Origin: Candidatus Shapirobacteria bacterium
Lineage (GTDB): Bacteria; Patescibacteriota; Microgenomatia; UBA12405
Direction: 5' to 3'
Assembly (NCBI GenBank): GCA_028700625.1
Contig: JAQVSI010000002.1
Span: 3,276 to 67,275 of the forward strand
DNA: 64,000 bases
A model generated the notes under the pieces. The model made no database searches. It was given only the letters and a program-made list of their open reading frames with translations, and was not told the origin of the DNA. Position 1 is the first letter of the stretch. Each line of letters opens with the position of its first letter. The translations under genes were made by a program, and so were the position numbers. This document shows positions 37,417 to 46,182 of this stretch, in pieces.

Positions 37417-38286
37417 ATGAAAATTAAAAATCCCTTAGTCACCATCTACATGCCAGTTTTTAATGCTACCCCTTATCTTAGCCAGGCCATCGAAAGTATT
37501 TTAAACCAAAGTTTTTCCAATTTTGAATTTATTATTGTTGATGATGCTTCGACCGACGATTCTTGGAAAATAATTAAATCCTACGCTAAAAAAGATTCTC
37601 GTATAGTCACTATTAAAAATCAAATTAATTTAGGAGTCAGTTTAACTTCAAATGTCGCTATTTCTAAGGCTCGAGGTAAATTTTTAGCCCGTATGGATGC
37701 CGATGATATTTCTTTTACTAATCGTATTGAAAAGCAAATTAAATTCTTAAACAAACATTCTAAAGTCGTTGCCGTTGGTGGTCAATGTGTCGTTATTGAT
37801 GAAAATAACAACATTATTGGTAATAAAAATTTTCCTTCTCAAAATAAAAAATTAAAAGATATGATTTTTTGGGCTGTTCCCATTCAACAACCATCAATGA
37901 TGATTAATTTAAAAAAATTGCCTAAAAATTTTATTTGGTACACTCCAAACCAATCTTCTGCTGAAGAAATTAACCTTATGTTTAGATTTATGCTCTATGG
38001 ACAAATTGCCAATCTCGAAGACAATTTACTTTTTTATCGTCATTTAGACAATAGTCTTTCTCATAAAAATCCAAAAGCTACTTTTAAATTAACTTTAAAA
38101 AGTCGTTTTAATGCCTTAAAACTTGGCTTTAAACCTAGTATTAAAGCTATTATATTAAATTTAATGCAAATGACAGTCATTGCCCTAATCCCCAATAATT
38201 TAATTTATGATATTTGGTATCGAATTCGTGGTATTAAAAAACCAAACGGTCTTACTGTTGGGACTTTTGCCAAAGCTCAAGTATAA
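37417..38286 (+). CDS. Glycosyltransferase family 2
   Basis: MPVFN, IVDDASTD, RMDADD. Confidence 0.93.
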   Translation: MKIKNPLVTIYMPVFNATPYLSQAIESILNQSFSNFEFIIVDDASTDDSWKIIKSYAKKDSRIVTIKNQINLGVSLTSNVAISKARGKFLARMDADDISFTNRIEKQIKFLNKHSKVVAVGGQCVVIDENNNIIGNKNFPSQNKKLKDMIFWAVPIQQPSMMINLKKLPKNFIWYTPNQSSAEEINLMFRFMLYGQIANLEDNLLFYRHLDNSLSHKNPKATFKLTLKSRFNALKLGFKPSIKAIILNLMQMTVIALIPNNLIYDIWYRIRGIKKPNGLTVGTFAKAQV

Positions 38287-38294
38287 TTTAAATA

Positions 38295-40928
38295 ATGGCT
38301 TTAATAGATAAATTAAAAGCACACTTCGACAAAATAATTTTAGCTTTAGTTCTATTAGTCTTAATTTGTCAAAATTTTACTCCTCATACTTGGCTTATTG
38401 GTTGGGACAACCTTCTTCCCGAACTAAATATCTGGTTAAATTTAAAAAGATCATTTCTGGCGGTCTGGCAGGAATATCAAGGCCTTGGTTTGGTTGGTGG
38501 CATGGGTCATGCTACTGAATTAATCAGACAACTAATAATTCTTCCCTTTACTTTAGTACTTCCTCACAATTTAATCCGCTATTTTTGGCAATTCTTAATG
38601 TTAATTTTAGGCACTTTTAGTCTCAATATTGGTCTAAAAAAAATATTCCACTTGTCAAAAACAACCAGTCTTTTAACTTCCCTTTTTTATCTATTAAATT
38701 TTGGCACTGTTCAATATTTTTGGGTTCCTTTTGAACCATTTTCTACATTTTGGGGATTTTTTCCAGCTCTTTTTTTTCTTCTTTGGAACTACTTAAAAAA
38801 TCCCAATCGTAAAAATCTAATTTACCTTATTTTAATTAACTTTCTCGCCATTCCTAGTTTTTATGTCCAAACTATTTTTATAGTTTATTTAATTTGTCTT
38901 TTTATAATTCTTTTCTCTCATTTAATTTTCAATCTTAAAAAAATTCCAGTAAAACTCTATTCTTCTCTCCTCTTAATTGTCTTTCTTTTAAATTCTTTTT
39001 GGCTTCTCCCATTTTCCTATTATTTAAAAAATGATCTAAACAACACCACTCAAGCCTATGGTAATTTAATGGCCACTCAAGAAACTTTTGATCGTAATCA
39101 AAATAGAGGAACCATCTCTGATTTTTTACTTCTCCGTAACTACTATTTTGATTTTCCAAAAGACAAAAGCACTCTTATGGCTCCTTGGACATCTTTTTTT
39201 TACAACCAATACAATCTAATTTGTGGTTATATTGTTTCCCTGTTTGTCATTATCGGTCTAATCTTTCTTATTTCAAGAATTAAACAAAAATCACCAATTA
39301 AATTATCTATTTTATTAATCTTTCTATTATCTTCGATTGCCTTACTTTCAGACACTCCTATTTTTTCTCAAATAAACTATTTAATTCACCAGATTCCTAT
39401 TATTAACCAAGTTTTTAGATCTCCATGGACAAAATTCTTAGTTCCTACTGCTTTTACTTTCTCTGTTCTTTTAGCTTTTGGACTTGAATTTATCTTCAGG
39501 CTTCTTAAAAAAATCAAATATAATCCAATTTTTTCCAAATCTCTAGTTAGTCTTATTTTTATTTTTGCCCTTTTAAAATTTAGTTTTCCTGTTTTTAAAG
39601 GTCAATTTTTCTCTCCTCAAATAAAACAAAACATTCCACAAGAATATTTTGAACTTTTCACTTTTTTCAACAAAATCTCCCCCACTGCTAGGATTATGAA
39701 TTTACCTCAAGGATCTTTTTGGGGTTGGACCAATTACCGCTGGAATGTCAATGGCTCCGGTTTTATTTGGTATGGTTTAAAACAACCAATCCTCGACCGA
39801 TCTTTTGATGTTTGGAACCTTAAAAATGAAAATTATTATTGGGAATTAACTTCTGCCCTCCAACAAAAAAATCCACAAGCTCTAAATAATATTATTGATA
39901 AATATTCGGTTGAATATATTATTTTTGATAAAAATATTTATTATCCAGATGAAAAGATTTTTGGAAAGCTAGCAACTTCAGGAACAGATATTTTAAATCA
40001 AATTAAAAATTTAAAATTAATTAAAAACATTGGTTCTATATCTATTTACCAAAATCAAAACCCAACTAAAATTTATACTACTAATAATCTCAACAGTAGT
40101 CTTCCAATTGCTCATTTTGATCCTAATTTTAAACCTCAATTTTTACCTTCTTCCGATTCTATTATCTACCCTTTCGATCATAGTATTTTAAAAGAATCTC
40201 AAAATGCAAAAACCAGCACAAATAACGAAATTTATTTTCATCTCCAAAATAAAAATTCTCATAATCTCTTAGCTTTTAATTTTTCTAATCTAAAATTTGA
40301 TCAAGATTATCTTCTTAAAATAGAAACCAAAAATACCAACGGTCAAAGTCCAATTATTTCTGTTTTTGATAATAACAATCATTATTATTTTTTCAAAAAT
40401 CAACTTAAAAAATCAAAAGAATGGCAAATTACCTGGCTTTTAATTCCTAAAATGGAAAATTTTTCTTTTGACACTGGACTAACAGTTTTATTTGACAACC
40501 CAAGTTTTAATAAAACTGATTCTATAAATGAAGTTAAAAATCCTGAAATTTATCCATATCAAAACAATATTCCTCTTATAGACAACTATCAAGCACCTAC
40601 TAACAATTATTTAGATTCAAAATCAAGCATATTTTTTTACAAAACCAAATTAAACCAGAGCAATAATCAGTATTTAGTCTTACCTCAATCATTTCATAAA
40701 GGTTGGAGTGCTTTTTATCTCGATGGTTTAAAACCAGTTTTTCTAAAAGATCATGTTCTCTATAACAATTGGGCCAACGCCTGGCAAATTCCCTCAGATC
40801 TGACATCTGATAGTCTGAAATCTGAGATCTATATTGCTTTCTGGCCTCAAATCTTCGAGTTTTTCGGTTTCGCCCTTCTAATTTCTACCTTCATTTTGAT
40901 ATTTAAAAACAAAAAAGAAATCAAATAA
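38295..40928 (+). CDS. Large polytopic membrane protein, GT-C/AftD/YfhO-like
   Basis: Many TMs, FRSPWTKF, C-terminal LPQSFHKGW..NNWANAW then TM. Confidence 0.7.
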   Translation: MALIDKLKAHFDKIILALVLLVLICQNFTPHTWLIGWDNLLPELNIWLNLKRSFLAVWQEYQGLGLVGGMGHATELIRQLIILPFTLVLPHNLIRYFWQFLMLILGTFSLNIGLKKIFHLSKTTSLLTSLFYLLNFGTVQYFWVPFEPFSTFWGFFPALFFLLWNYLKNPNRKNLIYLILINFLAIPSFYVQTIFIVYLICLFIILFSHLIFNLKKIPVKLYSSLLLIVFLLNSFWLLPFSYYLKNDLNNTTQAYGNLMATQETFDRNQNRGTISDFLLLRNYYFDFPKDKSTLMAPWTSFFYNQYNLICGYIVSLFVIIGLIFLISRIKQKSPIKLSILLIFLLSSIALLSDTPIFSQINYLIHQIPIINQVFRSPWTKFLVPTAFTFSVLLAFGLEFIFRLLKKIKYNPIFSKSLVSLIFIFALLKFSFPVFKGQFFSPQIKQNIPQEYFELFTFFNKISPTARIMNLPQGSFWGWTNYRWNVNGSGFIWYGLKQPILDRSFDVWNLKNENYYWELTSALQQKNPQALNNIIDKYSVEYIIFDKNIYYPDEKIFGKLATSGTDILNQIKNLKLIKNIGSISIYQNQNPTKIYTTNNLNSSLPIAHFDPNFKPQFLPSSDSIIYPFDHSILKESQNAKTSTNNEIYFHLQNKNSHNLLAFNFSNLKFDQDYLLKIETKNTNGQSPIISVFDNNNHYYFFKNQLKKSKEWQITWLLIPKMENFSFDTGLTVLFDNPSFNKTDSINEVKNPEIYPYQNNIPLIDNYQAPTNNYLDSKSSIFFYKTKLNQSNNQYLVLPQSFHKGWSAFYLDGLKPVFLKDHVLYNNWANAWQIPSDLTSDSLKSEIYIAFWPQIFEFFGFALLISTFILIFKNKKEIK

Positions 40929-41024
40929 ATTCGAAGTCATAATTTTTTGTGGCCTTGCCTGCCCGCCTCTGGAGGGAACGTGCGACGCACATTCACCAGA
41001 CATAAAAAATTGTGACGAGAATTT
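40927..41024. repeat. ~80-nt structured hairpin repeat, copy 3, with 19-nt insert
   Basis: Near-identical to 13792-13872 plus cctgcccgcctctggaggg at 40958-40976. Confidence 0.85.
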
Positions 41025-41031
41025 ATTAAAA

Positions 41032-42186
41032 TTAAAGATTTTTTATTATCCCTGCAATCTTATTTCCTAATTCTTCAAATTCCTTTTCTTTCCACCCTCT
41101 GGTTGTCATAGCTGGAGTTCCCAGTCTAATTCCCGATGGACTAAAAGGACCAGCTTTGTCATGAGGAATAGTATTGGCATTAACCACAATTCCATTTTCT
41201 TCAAGTTTTACAGCTGCCGCTTTTCCTTTTTCAAATCCCACTTCCACCACCATCAAATGATTTTCAGTTCCAAACACATTTAAACCATTTTTTCTTAATG
41301 AATCAGCCAAAGCTTTTGCATTTTTGATAATTTGAGATGCATAATCCTTAAATTCTTGAGTATCACATTCACCAAAAGCCACTGCTAATGCTGCAATTTG
41401 ATTTTCATGAGGACCACCCTGCAAGCCTGGAAATACTGCCCTGTCAATTTTTTTTGCCAATTCTACATCTTTCTCAAACCCTTTTTTAGTTACCCCAATC
41501 ACTGCACCTCGTGGCCCTCGCAAGCTTTTATGAGTAGTACTAGTAATTATATGGACATATTCATTTGGACTTGGATGAACCCCTCCCACCACTAAACCAG
41601 CAATATGAGAAATATCCGCCACCAACCATGCTCCAACTTTATCAGCAATTTCTCCAAATCTTTTAAAATCTAGAATATAAGGATAAGCAGTAGTTCCTGC
41701 CATTATCATTTTTGGTTTTTCTCTTAAAACCAATTCTTCTAATTTGTCATAATCAATTCGACCATCTGCCTCAACATCATATTGCAAACTTTCAAAAAAT
41801 TTTCCCGAAAAAGTGATTTTTGGATGACCATGAGTTAAATGTCCACCAGCCGAAAGTTTTAAACCACAAATTTTATCCCCTCTTTCCAAAAGTGCCATTT
41901 GCACTGCACTATTAGCCGGACTTCCAGAATAAGATTGAACGTTTAAATGTTCCACTCCTAAAACTTTTTTTCCTCTCTCAATTGCTAAATTTTCAATTTG
42001 ATCCACAAATTCATTTCCCTGATAATATCTTCGACCAGGATACCCCTCGGCATATTTATTGGTCAAACAGCTTCCCAAAGCCATTAAAACCTCATCCGAA
42101 GCAAAATTTTCACTTGGAATTAAATGAATTAAATTTTTCTGTCTTTCTTCTTCTTTTTTAATCAAATCTCTAATTTGTTGATCCAT
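41032..42186 (-). CDS. glyA: Serine hydroxymethyltransferase
   Basis: NKYAEGYPGRRYY, GGHLTHG, TTHKSLRGPRG. Confidence 0.97.
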   Translation of the reverse strand: MDQQIRDLIKKEEERQKNLIHLIPSENFASDEVLMALGSCLTNKYAEGYPGRRYYQGNEFVDQIENLAIERGKKVLGVEHLNVQSYSGSPANSAVQMALLERGDKICGLKLSAGGHLTHGHPKITFSGKFFESLQYDVEADGRIDYDKLEELVLREKPKMIMAGTTAYPYILDFKRFGEIADKVGAWLVADISHIAGLVVGGVHPSPNEYVHIITSTTHKSLRGPRGAVIGVTKKGFEKDVELAKKIDRAVFPGLQGGPHENQIAALAVAFGECDTQEFKDYASQIIKNAKALADSLRKNGLNVFGTENHLMVVEVGFEKGKAAAVKLEENGIVVNANTIPHDKAGPFSPSGIRLGTPAMTTRGWKEKEFEELGNKIAGIIKNL

Positions 42187-42208
42187 GTCTTAATTTTAAC
42201 TAATAATT

Positions 42209-43168
42209 TTACAAAAGTTTACTTTGTTCTTCCCATTTGAAAAGTTCCCCCAAAGATCTTTCCATATGAATTCTATATATTATTTTACTTAAAAGTGGCG
42301 CCAAAGAAATTATTTTCATCTTCTTAATTCTTTTTTCTTTAGGAATTGGAACAGAATCTAGAAAAATAACTTGATCAGCCAAACTATCGTTTAGTCTTTT
42401 CACTGCTTCACCACTTAAAAGTGCATGAGTAGCCGCTATTATTATTTTTTTAGCTCCATATTTTTTTGTTGCTTCGGCTGCTCCACAAATTGATCCGCCA
42501 CCATCCACAATATCATCAATTATTAAAGCAGTTTTTCCTTTAACATCACCAACCACATGTGCCACTTCACATTGACTGTGTTGGCGTCTAATTTTATCTA
42601 TAATGGCAATCGGTGTCCCCAATAAATCAGCTATTTTATTAGCTCTTTTTGCTCCACCAATATCTGGTGACACTACCACCAGATCTTCATACTTTTTTGT
42701 CTTAATATATTTAGCAATTAATGGATATCCCACCAAATGATCAACTGGAATATCATAAAATCCCTGTATTTGTTCAGCATGAAGATCAACTGTCACTAAT
42801 CTGTCGATTCCTGCTTTAGTAATTAAATTAGCCACTAATTTTGCCGATATTGGTTCGTGTGACTGAGTCCTTCTGTCTTGTCTTGAATAACAAAGTTGAG
42901 GACAAATTAAATTAACTCGACGAGCCGATGATCTTTTTAAGGCGTCAACCAAAATTAAAGTCTCCATCAAGCAATCATTCACTGGATTAATCATCGTTTG
43001 AATTATAAAAACATCATCTCCTCTTACTTTTTTACCCAATCTCGCATAAATTTCCCCATTAGGAAATTTTTTGATAATCACTGGAGTTAAATCCAATTTT
43101 AACCTTTTGGCAATTTTTTTTGCCAATTCTGGATGTGATGTCCCAGCAATTAGTTGTATTCCATTCAT
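42209..43168 (-). CDS. prs: Ribose-phosphate pyrophosphokinase
   Basis: YSRQDRR, VDLH, VVSPDIGG, IIDDIVDGGGS. Confidence 0.96.
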   Translation of the reverse strand: MNGIQLIAGTSHPELAKKIAKRLKLDLTPVIIKKFPNGEIYARLGKKVRGDDVFIIQTMINPVNDCLMETLILVDALKRSSARRVNLICPQLCYSRQDRRTQSHEPISAKLVANLITKAGIDRLVTVDLHAEQIQGFYDIPVDHLVGYPLIAKYIKTKKYEDLVVVSPDIGGAKRANKIADLLGTPIAIIDKIRRQHSQCEVAHVVGDVKGKTALIIDDIVDGGGSICGAAEATKKYGAKKIIIAATHALLSGEAVKRLNDSLADQVIFLDSVPIPKEKRIKKMKIISLAPLLSKIIYRIHMERSLGELFKWEEQSKLL

Positions 43169-43773
43169 ATTATTTTTTTATTTTTTAACTTTTCTAAAAT
43201 ATCTTTATGAATAATATCCATATCTCTATTCCCGTCGATTACGACCACATCATCACCCATTTTTTCACAAAACCACAAATAAGACCTTCTACATTGTTCC
43301 AATTTTTCCTTTCTTTCAAAAATTGTTTTTGTTGATCTTCCCTCATCAATTCTTTTTATTGCCGTTTCTGCGTCAATATCAAGAAAAATAGTCAAATCTG
43401 CTCTTGGAACCACATTTTCATTTAACTCCAACATCATTTGTTTCTTTTCTTCTTCAGTATAAGCCACTGTCGAACCATAATATCTATCAGATATAACAAA
43501 TTCATCATTTTCAATTGCTGGTTCTATTACTTTTTTATAATGGTCTCTTCTGTCTGCCACAAAACACAACTGCAATGCCAAAGGATCCATTTTTTCTCCA
43601 CCATTAAGAGTAACCTCTATTAATTTTCCCACTGGTAAATTTCTAGTATGTTCACAAGTTACTATTGTTTTAATTCCGTTTTGTTCAAAATAATTCTGCA
43701 ATTTTTCGATTTGAGTACCCTTACCGCAGCCATCAATCCCTTCAAAAACAATAAATTTTCCTTTTTTATTCAT
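43165..43773 (-). CDS. tmk: Thymidylate kinase
   Basis: FEGIDGCGKGTQ, SDRY. Confidence 0.95.
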   Translation of the reverse strand: MNKKGKFIVFEGIDGCGKGTQIEKLQNYFEQNGIKTIVTCEHTRNLPVGKLIEVTLNGGEKMDPLALQLCFVADRRDHYKKVIEPAIENDEFVISDRYYGSTVAYTEEEKKQMMLELNENVVPRADLTIFLDIDAETAIKRIDEGRSTKTIFERKEKLEQCRRSYLWFCEKMGDDVVVIDGNRDMDIIHKDILEKLKNKKII

Positions 43774-44494
43774 TTCTTATTCTACTTTTTAATTCTGCCC
43801 CTTTAATTGTCTTCCATAAACCGCAACTCATATCACCTTCAAAACATATTCCCTGCGACACACAACTTGGTCCAGCATTTTCAAAAAGTATTGGCGCTTT
43901 TTTCTTAACCACTCTTAACATTTCTCTAGCCAAGGCTTGTATTTCCCATTGAGCCCTTCGACAACACCTTAAAGTTAAAAAATGTAACAAAGCTCTAGCA
44001 TCCATAGTCACCACAATTTTTGTTTTTAAAGATTGAGGTTGACAATATCTAGCATCCTCAGCCTTAACTCCTAAATCAATCAATTCATTATAAAGTTTTT
44101 GAGTATTTTCAAAATGTTTTTTAACTTTTTTCAAAACTTTTTTATCACCATTCAAAATTGCTGGTGGAATTACATATTGAGCCTCACCTCTCTTGACATA
44201 TCTTCCTGATTGAATTGAATAAGAACAACCAATTCTATGTCTAATTAGTTGAATTTCAGTTACCCGACTAACTCCTTCAATCGAAAAAGTAAAAGATGCA
44301 TGTTCTAAGGTTGAAGTATGTCCTGAAGCCATTACTTGTCTTATTAATCTCTCCCTAGTTTCTTTATTAGTTTTTTCTTTTAATTCTTTAGCTCCCACCT
44401 GGCTATAACATTGTCTAATCGCTGCCACGATATTTTGTTCTGGATTGGTTGTATAACTCAATAAATTAACTTTCAATTTAACATTTTTAGCCAT
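43766..44494 (-). CDS. thyX: Flavin-dependent thymidylate synthase
   Basis: GHTSTLEH, RHRIGCSYSIQSGRY, AQWEI. Confidence 0.95.
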   Translation of the reverse strand: MAKNVKLKVNLLSYTTNPEQNIVAAIRQCYSQVGAKELKEKTNKETRERLIRQVMASGHTSTLEHASFTFSIEGVSRVTEIQLIRHRIGCSYSIQSGRYVKRGEAQYVIPPAILNGDKKVLKKVKKHFENTQKLYNELIDLGVKAEDARYCQPQSLKTKIVVTMDARALLHFLTLRCCRRAQWEIQALAREMLRVVKKKAPILFENAGPSCVSQGICFEGDMSCGLWKTIKGAELKSRIRNE

Positions 44495-44712
44495 TTTTAT
44501 TTAAAAAATCTAATCTAAGACAGATTAAACCAGTAGCTTTTTTAAATCAATTAAACAAACTATATCAAAAATATTTAAGCCAAAAATCTACGGTTAATAT
44601 TCTAAAATTATTAAATTTCAAAAAAAAATATATCTATTAAAACCTCTATTTCGTCTATAAAAATTCTATTTAGTGAATCAAAGTAAATCATTTTATATAT
44701 CATAAGATATCA

Positions 44713-45642
44713 TTAACAAAAAGGACATTTTTCTCCAGAATACCAACAACCACATTTTTTACACTCCATAAATCCTTCTGGAATTTTCCCATGTTTTACT
44801 TCACCGTTAGATAAAATATAATAACCAATCTTTTCTCCAAAATTTCCCACTGTTGTTGTCACTGAACAACCAAAACTTTGTTCTGTTTTAGCTCCAGTCA
44901 TTGCTCCATACATAAAATCTTCCAATTTATTTCGACTAATTACAATTTCTTTTTCATCTTTTCTATTTCTTAAAGCATTAAAACAAGCCGAATATAATCT
45001 AAAAATTACATCACTATCTTCCGTTAAATTATTTCCAAAATTATTTTTAAATTCTTTTAAATATTTACCAACCACTTTTTCAATGTAATCAAATTCAAGC
45101 GAATTTTTTGATTCACACAAATCAAATAAACTAAAGATTTCAGCCAATTTTAAATTGACTCCCGTTGGGGATTTTAAGATTTCTTTTTCATCTTTAATTT
45201 CTTCTTGACCACCCAAAACACTTCTCATTTTCTTCATATCTCCAAAATCATTTTTCACTACAATTCTATTCCAAACTATTTTTTCATCCACTTTTCTCCA
45301 AAAATCAACAGAATTAGTTAAATAACCAAATTCTTCATTTTTAGGACTAAAATAAACCCAGGTTTTTTTAGGATCTTGACTCAACCCGCTCTCTATTTTT
45401 TTAATTGCCTGATTTTCTTCATCATTTCCCAATTCCGAAACCAAATCACCTGAAAACAAATCAACAATTCTTCCATTTTCTATCACAAAATTTTTAGAAA
45501 ATTTTACTATACCAAAATCCTCAGCTAATTGAGTTGTTAACTCTAATTTCAAATTTAAATCTCTTTTTTCTAAATCTACTCTCCCTAAAAAAACAACTTC
45601 TTTTTCTGCTGAATAACCATTTCGTTCTATTTTTTCTTTCAT
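44713..45642 (-). CDS. Hypothetical protein with C-terminal zinc ribbon
   Basis: 309 aa ending CKKCGCWYSGEKCPFC. Confidence 0.7.
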   Translation of the reverse strand: MKEKIERNGYSAEKEVVFLGRVDLEKRDLNLKLELTTQLAEDFGIVKFSKNFVIENGRIVDLFSGDLVSELGNDEENQAIKKIESGLSQDPKKTWVYFSPKNEEFGYLTNSVDFWRKVDEKIVWNRIVVKNDFGDMKKMRSVLGGQEEIKDEKEILKSPTGVNLKLAEIFSLFDLCESKNSLEFDYIEKVVGKYLKEFKNNFGNNLTEDSDVIFRLYSACFNALRNRKDEKEIVISRNKLEDFMYGAMTGAKTEQSFGCSVTTTVGNFGEKIGYYILSNGEVKHGKIPEGFMECKKCGCWYSGEKCPFC

Positions 45643-45664
45643 ATTACTCTTGCTCGAAAGTTTT

Positions 45665-45723
45665 AGAGATCCGACTTTACGGTTGCGGCACAGTCTAGGA
45701 ATTACACCTAGTTCCCTATTAAA
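45665..45723 (-). promoter_or_regulatory. Cobalamin riboswitch (compact)
   Basis: Minus strand aataGGGAA-ctaGGTGtAAtTCCtag-ACTG-tgCCGCAACCGT-aaAGTCGGA; adjacent to B12 genes. Confidence 0.82.
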
Positions 45724-46176
45724 TTATTTTTTAATTTGTTCGACTGATTTTATAAATAAATAATCTGAAAGTCTATTGAAATATTTTAGTATATCTTTAT
45801 TAATTTTTTGCTGTTTATTCAAAGTAACAATCCTTCTTTCTGCTCTTCTGCAAACAGTCCTTGCCCAATTTAATTCTAAAGATTCTTTTTCTTTAAATTT
45901 TACAAACTTAGTTAATTTATAATCTTTGGAACTTATTTCTTTCTCCATTTTTTCGATTGGAAATTGGAAATTGGAAGTTGGAAATTTAATTCCACACCCC
46001 AATTCTCCCATTATTCTCCCCAAATCATCAATAATTTTTTTATTAACTTTAATTAACTCTAAAACCGCTTGTAATTCATCAATGGTTCCAACAGCCTCAA
46101 GTAATGGATTGTCTTTATCCACTATTTTTCCTAAAAAATAACTTTTACCTTCATCACCTTTTTTTGTTGTTATCAT
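45724..46176 (-). CDS. ATP:cob(I)alamin adenosyltransferase (PduO type)
   Basis: TTKKGDEG, GTIDEL, ARTVCRRAER, NRLSDYLF. Confidence 0.93.
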   Translation of the reverse strand: MITTKKGDEGKSYFLGKIVDKDNPLLEAVGTIDELQAVLELIKVNKKIIDDLGRIMGELGCGIKFPTSNFQFPIEKMEKEISSKDYKLTKFVKFKEKESLELNWARTVCRRAERRIVTLNKQQKINKDILKYFNRLSDYLFIKSVEQIKK

Positions 46177-46182
46177 TTTTGT

